From positions 152,148,001-152,212,000 of the forward strand of contig OZ024743.1 of the NCBI GenBank assembly GCA_964016885.1: a stretch of 64,000 nucleotides of DNA, in the 5' to 3' direction. The DNA is from Eledone cirrhosa (lineage: Eukaryota). The notes beneath the pieces were generated by a model that searched no databases, was not told the DNA's origin, and worked only from the letters and a program-made list of their open reading frames with translations. Position numbers and translations under genes: made by a program. Shown here one piece after another: positions 39,515 to 53,002 of the stretch (position 1 is its first letter; every line of letters begins with the position of its first letter).

Positions 39515-40131
39515 CTGAAATATCATGCTAAAATACACTGGATAAAACATTACTTTGTTTTGTTTCATTTGTCATCATTTGCCCTTCATATTTTTAACTG
39601 CATATTGTACCAGCTTTTAAAAGAAATTTATCAGTCTTTTATTAGGTATCTCACAATGCTTCATATAAACTATATTATTCAATCTCAGTAGAAATATATA
39701 AATATAGAGAGAGAGAGAAAGGTGGAGAGACTGAGAGTGGAAAACAGTGAGAGTTCCTAGAACATTCGCATGAATCCCTTATAGAATTCCTTCCATCTGT
39801 TTGCACTCTGAGACTAAATTCTCCCAAGGTCAACTTTGCCTTTCATTATTTCAAGGCTGATAAATAAAGTACCAGTTTAATACTGAAGTCAATTCTTCTC
39901 ACTGTCTTTCTCACTACCTCCAATCTGAAAGAAATCAGGTATATTCATGCTTAGAGAATGATGTCACTGGATTCATACTGAACCCGGTCATTGAAATGAT
40001 CATAGTATAATAAACCTTTCAAGGATTTACACCAGTCTAACCTCCTGTTATTTTATAATAATTAACTCCATACTCGCACCACCAACTACACAAACGAAGA
40101 CGGGTGAGTTGCATTACATTGAGTGCTCTCC

Positions 40132-41140
40132 CTAATATTACATCGAGGTTGACCATATGGAATGACCAGTTCTATCCAGTGGTGAATCAACAAACCTAAA
40201 TAAATAATGCTCCAGGAAATGTCGAGCGCTTTCAGATGTAATAATGAACAGCGGCACTGACTCCAGTGTACAGCTATCGCCATCATGGGACTAACAACAC
40301 ACCGTTCGGATTTTGGCTGCATTGAGCTTTGTCTACCGCCCACCTGTCGGGAATATTCAGACTCCGTCAGACCTCATAGATTCTTTAAAAAATCAATATA
40401 TTCTACTATACCATGTATTGTATTGACTGAATTCTCTATCCTATATTTGAGGGCTTTTAGGATTCACATTGAAAATTAAGACTCGAACAAACACTAGGTA
40501 TCACCTGATACCATTCCAACTCTTCCATCCTCTATATCTACATGTATAACCTTGTATTCTCTGACCGTGCTATATATTGTACACTTACTGCACCTTGATC
40601 TGCATTTTAGTTCTATATTTTGATTTCTTCGATATGTTCCTATATACTTCCTTTTTACTCCCTACTTCACCATTCTAGGTATGCCTGCATTTCATTTATG
40701 TGTATTTTACTTATGGTTTTATTTATGTATTTATTTACTTGCTTTACTCTCATTATATACTTCTCCTTGTACTCATTAGTACACGACTCTAGAATATTAC
40801 TCTCTGTACCCTTATATCTGTTTATCTTTATTCACTCCCCCTACCCACCCAAGAACCACACTACATATAACCCGGACTAACTGGGGACTAAATATAGTCT
40901 ATTTACACATTTCATCAGATTTTACTACTTTCAACTTCACATCACGGGTGTGAATAACTAATAATCGTTTGGTACACACGATGATCCGATGGATGTGGCG
41001 GCTTTCCCGACTGCACAACAGGCACTCGGATCGATCAGCCTTCCTAGAATGCATGGAAAAATAATATTACATCGAGGTTGACCATATGGAATGACCAGTT
41101 CTATCCAGTGGAGTCCCAACAAACCTAAATAAATAAATAA
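40132..41140 (+). mobile_element. Direct-repeat-bounded element, possibly a decayed Penelope 3' end
   Basis: ~75-bp direct repeat (TAATATTACATCGAGGTTGACC...AAACCTAAATAAATAA) at both ends; faint IFRL..SVRPH GIY-YIG C-terminal remnant. Confidence 0.45.
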
Positions 41141-41244
41141 ATATATGCTATCACCGTATTTGGACTAAAGAAATTAAATTAAAGAAATTATTTAGCATGA
41201 TAGTGGGGTTAAGAACCCTCGGAGAAATGGAAAAAGATGAATAT

Positions 41245-41316
41245 TGACGTACATGGGAGTCGAACCCACATCTTTGGTTATTCGGACCACTGTGCTACCA
41301 TTTACACCAACACATC
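41245..41316 (-). pseudogene. tRNA-like cloverleaf (anticodon loop CCGAATA)
   Basis: Reverse-complement copy of 41717-41788; lacks U33. Confidence 0.7.
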
Positions 41317-41716
41317 ACCCGTCTTTTTCCATTCAAATTAGAAGCTATAAACGTAGCGACTGTAATGTCAAGTAAGAATATTTTCGAAACAGCGAGCGGG
41401 TTTGAAATTATTAGAAATGTAAGCTATCGCCGTATTTGGACTAAAGAAATTATTTAGCCTGATAGTGGGGTTAGAACCTTCGGAGAAATGGAAAAACATG
41501 AATATTGACGTACATGGGATCTTTTTCCATTTCTCCGAGGGTTCTTAAACCCACTATCAGGCTAAATAATTTCTTTAATTTAATTTCTTTAGTCCAAATA
41601 CGGCGATAGCTTACATTTCTAATAATTTCAAACCCACTCGCTGTTTTGAAAATATGCTTACTTGACATTACAGTCGCTACGTTTATAGCTTCTAATTTGA
41701 ATGGAAAAAGACGGGT

Positions 41717-41788
41717 GATGTGTTGGTGTAAATGGTAGCACAGTGGTCCGGATAACCAAAGATGTGGGTTCGACTCCCATGTACGTCA
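41717..41788 (+). pseudogene. tRNA-like cloverleaf (anticodon loop CCGGATA)
   Basis: GATGTGT/GTACGTC acceptor stem, GTGT/GCAC D stem, TGGT/ACCA anticodon stem, GTGGG-TTCGACT-CCCAT T arm; T5 run downstream. Confidence 0.75.
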
Positions 41789-41848
41789 ATATTCATCTTT
41801 TTCCATTTCTCCGAGGGTTCTAACAATAAATATATATATATATATATA

Positions 41849-42567
41849 CAGGGTGTGGACGATATTTGTTTGCAATTTTCAACTGTTAATTTTATGTAAA
41901 TTTTATTTACTTCCGTTGTCACTCTTGTCTTCATAAAAACAGTGACTATATTTCCATTATTTATTTTCAGAATAATTGATTATGAATAATTTTGAACCTC
42001 CAAATTTGTGGAAGAGACACGGAGTTCTTCTTGGAATCTGTGCCGGGAGGACAAATATGGAAATTTCAGACTTTCTCAGCATCAGCAGGAGAATAGTGGA
42101 AAAGGTCAGAAAGGAATTGGAAGATTCAGGATTCAACTACGAAGCAGCCGTACGTGTGGCAGAAAGACTCAGCACCCTGCCATACCAGCCGAAAGACCCT
42201 AGCCTGGCTGTCAGAGAACTTCGTCGACCACACTTCACCTGACATCTGGCCTCCCAGCTCGCCTGACTGCAACCCCCTTGACTTCTTTGTGTGGGGCGCA
42301 GTGGAATGAGAACCAACAGATTTAGCTGCAAATACGAAAGACGATCTGAAGGCCAGGATCACAAGTGCCTAAGTCAGGGGACAATGACGAAGGCCTGTAG
42401 CCAGTTCCAAAGCCACCTTGAGGCCGTCATCAAATCCAATGGCGGGTTTATCGAGTGAGATCGAAAGAACAAGTCATGAAGACAAACTGACCTAAGTTTG
42501 ATAAATATATCTTAAAAAATAAAACTACTGTGTTATTTTTTCCTTGCGAACAAATATCGTCCGCACC

Positions 42568-42570
<3 letters not shown>
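41849..42570 (+). mobile_element. Internally deleted Tc1/mariner (maT/DD37D-like) element
   Basis: TIRs CAGGGTGTGGACGATATTTGTTTGCAA / TTGCGAACAAATATCGTCCGCACCATG, TA flanks; HTH fragment joined to WQKDSAPCH...WPPSSPDCNPLDFFVWG. Confidence 0.9.
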
Positions 42571-42602
<32 letters not shown>

Positions 42603-42661
42603 TATGTTTATCCCAGGTTCAATTGGAGGTAACTACAGTAAGGTACTCAATAAATAGCAGA

Positions 42662-42999
42662 ATCATCATCATCATTTCATTTTACATCTGCTATTTTCCC
42701 TGCTTTGCAAGGGTGGGACTGATGGTGGCTTGATTTCTACAGCCGGATGCCCTTCCTAACACCAACCTCATTTACAGTGAGTGCTGGGTGCTTTTTTGCC
42801 GTGGCACCTCCACGACCACTTTGCAGTGGAATGATATGGACCCCAGTCCCTATCATCTCATTTCTACAGCTGAGTAAACTGGAGCAATGTGAAATAAAGT
42901 GTCTTGCTCAAGAAAACAACACATCACCCGGTCTGAGAATTGAACTCACAACCTTTCGATTGCAAGGCCAATGCTCTAACCACTAAGCCATGTGCCTCC
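42662..42999 (-). mobile_element. tRNA/CORE-like SINE with RTE tail
   Basis: Near-identical reverse complement of 34761-35101. Confidence 0.85.
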
Positions 43000-43005
43000 A
43001 TATAT

Positions 43006-43247
43006 AGAAAAGACATTGATGAAAATTAATTAATTCACAGAACTGCTGTTATAGTAATTAATTTAAAAGTTATCAGTATACCTAATTTGCATTTCTTAAT
43101 CTGAGTAGAATTTGACAGCAAGAATTTTATATATATATATATATATATTTGATATAGAAATGGCTTCTACAGGACTAGAACTGATGATTTCTTCCAAATG
43201 GAACAGTTCTAGTCCTGTAGAAGCCATTTCTATATCAAATATATATA

Positions 43248-43308
<61 letters not shown>

Positions 43309-43414
43309 GTTGCTGTCAAATTCTACTCAGATTAAGAAATGCAAATACTGATAACTTTTAAATTAATTACTATAACAGAAGTTCTGTGAATTAATTTTCA
43401 TCAATGTCTTTTCT
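43006..43414. repeat. Nested palindrome with (TA)n in each arm
   Basis: 43006-43130 pairs with ~43300-43414; 43148-43183 pairs with 43204-43239. Confidence 0.9.
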
Positions 43415-43557
43415 AACCAGGTTATCAACGATAATAATTACCTTTCATGTTGTCTAACCTTATGACTGCCTTGACTGAGCAACCCTATATTCATGCCATG
43501 ACTATCCTCCTTTTTTTTCTAGAATAGTATATCTGAGACTACATTATTTAATGTGAT

Positions 43558-43676
43558 CTGAGTTCAATTCCTGCCGAGGTTAACTTTGCCTTTCATCCTT
43601 ACAGGGTCGATAAAATAAAGTACCAGTAATACACTGGGATAATTGCTGGCCTTGTGCCAAAAGTAGAAACAATTAT
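43558..43676 (+). mobile_element. 5'-truncated OK-like SINE
   Basis: Family core and tail; ATTATTTAATGTGATCT is repeated on both sides (TSD-like). Confidence 0.75.
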
Positions 43677-45507
43677 TTAATGTGATCTTTTTATGATTAT
43701 TGAGTGTGATTTGAGGGGGAGCTGGTTTTTATTTCTAGCAGGGCAAACAACCATGTTGAGAAAACTTTTGTTTGGCATCCCCATCAACAGCTACTATATT
43801 TCAGTATGATATACAGTTTTAGTTGAAATGGACTCCAGAATAGACATTTGTAATCCATACCAAGCCAAAATATTATGGAAATTATACATTTCATTAATAT
43901 TCAACATCTGATTTATTTGTTCATTTAATCTAGAGGGATATAACAATAAAAATATTATTCTATCCTATAAAGAAAAGAAATATAGCATTATGCTGTGTGA
44001 GAAGAATATATTCTTTATAGCTTTAAAGGATCTTAATAAGAAAATGTAAATTACATTTGTGAAACAGAAGCAGAACTCAGCTAATGTTCTATGAATGCTA
44101 CAGTCTCAGTTTCATTGATTCATTTTAAGAATTCAACTGAGATGTTTAAGATACTATACGATAAAATGTTAGACAATAAGAAACAAAAAGATAGCAACAG
44201 AAATTTAAGAAAAAAATAATGGTTCAATAATAATATTGATTGATTGATCTGATGTTAGAATATCATGTACGTTAATGTATATACATACCATACACATAAA
44301 TACATACACACAGACAGATAGATAGATAGAGATAAGTAGATAGATGTAAAGGTTAGATGGAAATACAAACAGACAAATACACATGCAGACATATATATTA
44401 TCACCATGATTATCGTTAAATTCATTAAACATCCATTCTCCAAGCTAGCGAGGGCTGAATGTGTTGTCACAGACCAAGTCAGTACTACTAATATCTCATG
44501 AAGATCAAGGGCCCATATTTCACATATATTCCCATAGCCCACCAAATGCTCAGATGTGTTAGAGGCCTGTACCTAACTTACATATGTTTTTGCACTCTAC
44601 TGAGTGCATTTTATCATGGAACTAGTACTAGGGAGATTGTCATATCTGTGACACTGGCCCTTTATTTAACAGGTTTCTTATCAGCAACCAGTTTATACAG
44701 TGCACTAGATGTGTTTATCATGTAGATCACCAACACGGGGGAGTTTGATGTCATATCTCTGACTCAGATGGAGAGTCCCCCCAACTCTATATTTGACAGG
44801 ATGCCTTTCCTATCACCAACCACTTTACATCATGTACAGGGTGTGTTTATTGTATAGACCACCAATGCCAGACAAATTGTCATGCTCTTGACACAGTTTA
44901 AAGTTATCTCAACCCTTTTTTGGCAAGGTTTCTACAGCGAGATGCCCTTTCTATAACAAACCACCCCAGCACTAGAGAGTCTTAAAAAAGCTTCAAGCAC
45001 AGGCATCGCTTGATATGTGACATTTTTTTGCAATGCATGATATTGCTAGCCATAGGCAAGTTCCAAGCAGGACTAAAAAGCCACATCCGTGATATGCTCA
45101 CGCTTAAGTATCAAATGATGGAATTACTCGAAATCAAGTTGCATATATATATATAATAGTTTGTTTGTTTTGTCTGTCTGTCTGTTATGCACTTAAAAAC
45201 CATTGGGCCAATCATGTTCAAACTTGGCATGTGAGGATATTCCTCACATTTGGACCTATATTCATTTGTTTATATGTTTGTTTTTCTGTTTGTCAATCTG
45301 TGTGTGTGTGGGGGGGGGGGGGCATTGTGAGTTATCGTCTTCACTATGATGGAATGTGATGAAAAATAAAAAGAATGAAGAAGTGAGAATTTGAGAGAAA
45401 GTCAGAGCACGTGAAATTAAATAGAGTGCTGAAAGCAATAAATGGAACTAAGCATTCAACATAGTAGCCAACACTAAAGCAAGAATCACATCCTTGCAGG
45501 AGGAGAA

Positions 45508-45539
<32 letters not shown>

Positions 45540-48500
45540 GTATGTATATATTCTGAGAGATTGAAGCTCTAACTACACATTATAGCCAGACCTTCCTAAT
45601 TATTATATTTACAGCTTAAGGGTTACATTCCTACAATAAAATATCAATTGTTTTAAAGTTGCGGTTTTCTGTAAAAAGTGCATTATCTATTTCAGCAAGA
45701 TCTAGAGATATTTTGGCTATGATTTCCATTGATTTTTTTTTTTTTATATAAGATTCACAGATCTCATTACACAGTTTTATATGAGAAGATATATAAATAG
45801 TTAAAATGGTTTCACATCAGAATATCTGTTTGATTGAAACCCAATTTTCCATTCCTCCAAGATATTCTCCAACTATCTAATCTGTAATATCAAAATTTCT
45901 TCAGCCTATCCAATAGTCTCACATATTGAATTTCCAGCTAGCTATAGGTACTATCTACACAATGCTGCTACAGTTGTTTATATGATTTTCATGACATTCA
46001 ACTAAAATACTGATTCCATTTGTTCTTTAATCAAAATATTCTTTTGTGGTGTAGTTGTATTCATTTTTTCATAATCTAATGATATATCTGTCAACATTAG
46101 ATTTTGTTTTAATAACTTTTCAGCTTTTATAAACGAAATCAAACCTAATATTTATTGCATTTTGTTAAATACTATATACCAATTAAAAGAGAAACTGGAA
46201 TTTATTAGCTGTAATATTCTAAGAATCTGTATCACGGCAACAGCCATGGCTAACAATAAGTTCTATTCTTCATGTCTTCAATATTTAATAAAATCAGTGA
46301 ACTAAAAATTGTCTGGTGTTTTAACTTTTGACTGCCTTATTTTTCAGTCTGAGCTGCACCAGTATGTAACTGCATCTTTAAATAGTTTTCTATTTGCATA
46401 TTTTTTAAATATTTATTGATCAATAGTTTTGATCAAATTTCAAAGCTGATGTTCAGTAAGGATTTGTTAGTTTATTTGAATTCATTTACATACAATGACT
46501 TTGAGGTTTTTCATGGCTATCTATTTTTTTCAAGTAATTTTTTTTCTTTAGCCTTTGTTAGCAAAGAAGAATTTTAACAAAAATACATTAATAACATTTC
46601 CCCAAAACTTGACATTTTATTTTTTACTTACAATATAATAATTTAAATGGAAAATATGAACTATTTTACATGACACTTAAAAACTGTGTTGAAACCTTAA
46701 TTAAAATATCTTCTAATTACACAAGGAAATGTAATAAAATAGTCAAATAATATTACAATTATATTGGGAAGTTGAAACTAAATTCTATGGTATATTATTA
46801 CAATTTTAATTGTATTTGTCAGAAAAAACTAAAGGAAATCGAAGAACACTCATTGTGCCAATGCTTAGAGGAAATAATCACCATCATTATAGTTGGACTT
46901 AGTATTTGTAATACCATATTTCATTGATCAGATACTACTAGAACTATCAACATAAATGTGGAGACATTATGTATACCACATAATTTGTAATAGAAACAAT
47001 AGCTACTGCAACTGATATGAAATTTTATATTTTTAATTCATTATAAATTAAATTAATATAAAATATTGATTTCTTTGTTTCAAACTGTTGTAACTTTATC
47101 ATAGCTGAGAAATATCTAAAGAAAAGAATCTGTAGATGTTTTTTTTACATTAAATAATTAATGTAAGAACTAAGAAGCATTGAAAAAGTTTAGATATTTG
47201 AAACACAATAAGAGTTCTTCAACAAGTTTTATAAAATATACGAAAGATAAATTAATTCATGCTACACAATATATGTGTAGAATGATGTGCAATATCTTAA
47301 TGGTAGAATTAGGTTTAGGGAAAGAATTATATATACAAATAAAGTAGATGTCATTTCAAAATTGCTTACTTTTATTGGAAATAATGGACTTCTCTCTATA
47401 TACTATATTCCTGCTCCATAAGACATTTTCAAGAAGTGTGGTTTATATAGCAGTAAAAACATGGGCAATGACACAGCAGATGACCAACAGTGACTACAGA
47501 AAAGTTAGATGTGCATTATCGTTTAGCGTCTATCTTCCACACTAGCATGGGTTAGTGGGAATTGTTCCACATGAGGCAAGATTGATCGAGTGACCATATC
47601 TCGCTTGTATAGAACTGTATCTAGCAGGTTTTCCGTGGCCGGATGCCCTTCCTAATACCAACCACATTTACAGTGTGGACTGGGAGCCTTTTTACCATGT
47701 CTTCTTTATGAAAAAGACTAAAGACTTACATATGAGTTAAGATAAATATATAGCTGGGTATTAGCTAATGTAGCCAATATATGTATACATGTTGGGTAAA
47801 AAAGTAAATTTAGAAATTTCAGAGGAGTGGTGAGGACAACATCAAATGAGGTGAGCTGACAAAGAGGTGGGACAACACTATAATACATGCCAATATGTAT
47901 TAGAAACCTGCCACCATACAGAACTACATGTTTAAATAAGTTTAAATGGATTATATGTAGTCATCCTGAAAAGAAAATACTTAATCCTGTCTTTCACTTG
48001 GCAACCATTCAGAAGACTCAAGACAGTTTTGAGAACAAATAAAATTTTAACACTAAATAACATTTTTTTATTGTTTAAACCACAAACATCTAAACACAAA
48101 ACAAACATTTATCCTCTGGGTATGAAGAGAAACTGTGTTTAAGATATCCAGGAATAATAGACAATAGATATTTCAAATGTAATAACATCTAAAAGGACAT
48201 TTTTACCATTGCTGCCAATATTTTGATCATGTCATTTAACATTTGCTAAACGTAACCATTAAATTATTAACTTAGGTCATAATTCTAATGTGAAAGAATG
48301 TTCTAAAATGGAGAACTCTAAATATCTTAAATACAGTTGGTTATCTAGACAAGGTAACTAAAGTGGTAGCCAGTGATTGTATACAAAAAGCTCAGCCTAA
48401 CTTTTATTCACATTAACAAAAAACTTTTTAAAGATTAATTTCATGATGAAGATATATTAAAAGGGAAGTTAAATGCAGCCTTTTATAGAAAATGAATAAA

Positions 48501-50137
48501 ATTCAATTAAACTATAATACAATAGAGTAGAAATTTATCACATCATATGATCTCACTTTATCAATTTTATGACCATTTCAAAACGTGTGCATCCTAATTG
48601 AATTTATAGTATAATAAAATTATGACAATGTTCTAATTTATATTGTTTTGTGAAGTTAAAGGAGAGAGCCTAATTGTGTGTCCTACTTACAGCTGAGAAA
48701 TCTTCAAATCTTCTATACAGCTATCTCACACTTCCAAACTATTATATTTCTAACCTCAATTGGATCATGTAACCACTGCCTAATCAAAGCAACACACCTC
48801 ATATAGTCCAATTGCACCAAACCCATTGCCCTCTAACTAACCAACTAACCACAGTTGAACAGGCTAAGAATACTAGTTCCAACATCTGGAAAAGTTACCC
48901 ATCATCACCACCTGGTAACTATTTACCCACAATTGCAATGCAACATGTTTCCTTTTGTATGTAAATTATCTTTCCATTTTCATATCTGCCAGGATAGTCC
49001 TATGCTAATGATACTTACTACCCTTCATTCCTCCTTTAACTTTAGCATACAGGCATCAACTGCATGCAACCTAGGCATTGTACTTTAGCAAGTTATAAGG
49101 ATACTAAACTTTATGAAAAATATTATAAACAATTGAAACAAGTGTTGACCTGTTGTCCCATTTAACCCATACAAGTATAGAAAAATTAACATAAGATGAT
49201 GATATAGGTATACCACCGATTTCCCACCACCCTTGGTTCCATACTTATGGTTGATTATATGCTTTGCCACACTAACAGTGATCATACAATAACTTTAGCT
49301 AATTTCCTAGGAGACTATTGCTACATTCCAAATAATGCTTTCACTACTGCACATTTATAATACACATTTATTTATTTACTAAAAGCATATTATAAATGTG
49401 CATTATACCATCTGATATTTTATACTGATATTTGTACTGTGCTTGGAAGTCATAACTAAGCTAGAGATTTACTAAAATTATTGATGTTGCTGCACCTACA
49501 AATATCTTGATAATCAGATGATTGCAAGTGACTTACAGCATGGTCTGTGACCACCCAAGGTCTTGTGGGTTGCACGAAATTCAGGTGTGCTCTTATAATT
49601 ATGTCTGAATTAAAGGAGGAGCAAGATCATTAGTTGCCAAAAAGGTGGTGGTGTACCTGTATTAAGATAATTGAATATTCTAGATAATCATCATTATCAA
49701 ACATCTGTAATCTATGGAGGCAGTAGATGTACAGCAATGGATGCAATATGCATCTTTTATCTTGCCCAGTTACAGTCTATGTAAGCCCCCAGCTTATTAT
49801 ATTTGAGTTTGGCAGCATCACCATGTGGTGTTTCAACAAGTAAATAACTTAGTGGCACCTGACTCTTCTCCATATATGTTCCTCTGTGAGAAGCCCTTCT
49901 GCCCTTTGACCATGCTTTACTTTTAATTTTGCTGGGTGCTCACTAAACCCAGTCATTCAATAAATTAGATGGGCTGGGGACAATTCATTGACCCACCAAA
50001 TCGTATATTTATATAGTGTTTATTTTTACTATGTTACCTTTATTTGATAAATACTATTTTACATGCACATGTGGACAACAGATTTATGAAATATTTGAAT
50101 TTGGAAGAAAAATTAAATTAGCTAAATTCTAGTTTAC

Positions 50138-50304
50138 CACAGCTTAAAAGGAGATGTTTAAGAATTCCTGTTGTGAAAGTTTGGATTTCAGTCTTAGAAA
50201 TTATTGTAACAATAGCCTCCAGAAGACTGGTCTGAGTTTTAATCACTGAAGGCAAGAAACATATATCCTGATTGTAGATCCTGGCAGAGATGACATATAT
50301 AGGC
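50138..50304 (-). CDS. Predicted internal exon (167 nt, phase 2 to 1)
   Basis: atctttag acceptor, G|gtaaac donor; only one open frame: PIYVISARIYNQDICFLPSVIKTQTSLLEAIVTIISKTEIQTFTTGILKHLLLSC. Confidence 0.6.
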
Positions 50305-51320
50305 CTAAAGATATTAGATGCTGTACAATTATATACTGTCACAGTAGTATATCAGAATGGTCTGTCTTCTTTAATGGGAACTATTGTTTGCAACAAAGGA
50401 ACCCATATGAAATCACTTGGTCTGCTCAAAATAGCAGCTATATATCTTTAAAATCACATTCTATCATCATAAGGGAAAGAAGAACACACTGGACAAAAAG
50501 ATGGGATGCCCTGTCTAGTACACATTTGATCATGTTGGCTCAATCTGGACTGACCTTGAACTAAAGAATAATATACATAAAATTATTATGGAAGATTTTT
50601 AGATAAATATAACACTGTCTTGGGTGTTTGGTTATCAATGGGTTAAGCATATTATGGAAAGTAATAATTCAACAGAGATGTGTATTTCATATAATTCACA
50701 CTTCCACTTCATAGAAATGGCTCTTGCATTTGTACTCAAACTGTTTGCAAAGTTTCAACCAATTGTACAGCTCTGTTGTAGATGTAGGATATATTTTGGG
50801 CCATACAAATACTTGCTTTCAATTATCCTAAAACTTTACACATAAAACCCCACCAATATCAGTAAAATATTATCCATATTATTCTTATGAGAAATATAAA
50901 TATAATAGTTTCTCTCTGGGCAAAATAAAATAGACATCATAAATCTTTTCTGTCTTTCTTCAAACCAAATTTCTTTCTTTTAATATTTTTTATATCGTTG
51001 TTATTGTTAAAAATATTCATGAGAATTAGGTACATTAAGACTTTTTGTTGTCTTTTCCTTTATCCTATTGTTCCATCATTAGCATTATTCAAATTTCTCT
51101 AAGTCACTCAGCAACAAGGAAAAAATAATGCCTAGCACATAATTTTTTTTTAATGCTATTCAGAAAGAATACATACATAAATAAGAAAATCAAAGAGTAA
51201 CTTGTTACATAAGTAAAACACTAGATAAAACATGGGTAATTTTGAATATTTTCTTTTCTTTCTAATAGAAGAAATATAGCAGAGTAGCATACGGTAAGGA
51301 AGTAAATCAAAGAAAGCTTT

Positions 51321-51420
<100 letters not shown>

Positions 51421-51453
51421 GCAGCTAGATAGATGATGTGCTTTTGTGTGTGC

Positions 51454-51505
<52 letters not shown>

Positions 51506-53002
51506 ATGCATAAAGTGTTCGGCTAACACCAAAGTAATAAGAAGGCTATTCCTTGGCAGTCTGAAAGAAATACAATATATTCTAAGGAATGTTGCTACTA
51601 AACAAGTAAGGCATTCAACAAGGTGAAATTAATCAAGAAAAACATCACACTGCCACTGCCTTTTGATTGAAAATACTAAATGTTAATGATCTACTTTTAC
51701 ACTTAAACAGCTATTTTTGAATCACTTTTCACTGCCAAGATCATCATTATTCAAATCATGCTCAAAGGTGATAAGCTTGTAGCTTTCTTCTTCAATTTCT
51801 AATATTATTTATATTATACTACAGCAAATATATTCAGTTATTTCACTCGTGAAAAATTAGTTCAAAATAGAATAGCTGTTTTCTTATATCTGGAAATATG
51901 TCAAAATGCAATTCAAGCAAAGGTTTGGTCAATTAGAAACCCAGCGCTGTGAGGAGATAGAAAATTCTCTAAAGTACATATAGATTGAATATAGTGTATG
52001 AGTATGTGTATTTTAAAGGACAAAGTGCATGTAATTTATATCTGAACCTAATTCAGTTAAATGCAATTTCTCAATTGCATATGATAAAATATCACACTAA
52101 AAAGTTAACAATAAAATTTCTAAATAGTTAATTATATAAGAATCATATGACTATACACTATCATTAATTGAAGATAATAAACCAACAACATATTACACAT
52201 GAATTCATTCAACTATGTGGATGGCGTTATCTTCAGCTTGAATTATGTGAAGGCATGTGGCTTGGGGGTTAGGGTGTTCAGCTTACAATTGTACAATCAT
52301 GGCCTTAAGTAAGACACTTTACTTCACCCTGCGCCAGTCTATTCATGTTTGACCTCCATGAAATCTAAGCTAAGGATAAACATGGCTCTGGAATGCTCAA
52401 CCACTTACATGTTAATTTCACATGCAGGATTTGCTGTTGTTTGAACAACTGGAATATTTGTTGTGGGGACAGATATCCACACACCCATTGCACCAAACAT
52501 TCTCAGTAAAACATTGCCCTTTCAAGTGTCTTTTTTTCAAATAATAGATCTCAGATAAATGTGCATCCTCAATGTTGGTGTTTAACCTTATGTCAGCATT
52601 AATTGATCTATGGGTAAAGGCATTCCAGCCATGACCATTTCATCTTTTTTACAGCCTAAGCTATATTAGAAGTACATTATTCAAAGTATCCTCCATTTCT
52701 TAAAAAGAAAGTAGGGTATATTTTGAAGAATAGTTGTCTGTTATGTTCATTAGGTCACTCGACCATTTAGAGGCCTCCTCCTCTCATTTGCCCTTGCTAT
52801 TATAGACAAATTTAGTGTTTTACTCAGTTAACCATGATTTTTCTCTTTACAAACTGAGTTTACTCATGTGATGCATGGATTTTAATGCATTTGCTGTTGT
52901 TGATTAGCCCCAAGTTGGTCTTCACCGAAAAACCTATGAATAAAGCATTCCTGTCATATTTTCAAGCAATATATATCTAACACTACATAATCCTTAGTCT
53001 GA

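Larger units (their letters stand above)
41145..41823. repeat. 276-bp tRNA-like-containing unit in partial-tandem and inverted arrangement
   Basis: GCTATC(A/G)CCGTATTTGG recurs at 41147 and 41423; inverted half repeats at 41520 and 41796. Confidence 0.9.

Noticed and set aside
43181-43208. CTGATGA...GGAAC as a hammerhead
   Set aside because: GAAA is absent and the motif is better explained as the reverse complement of a tRNA-like T-arm region at a fold-back apex.
45140-45480. Possible non-autonomous Helitron-like element
   Set aside because: Only a suggestive 5' region; no clear 3' hairpin or CTAG end.
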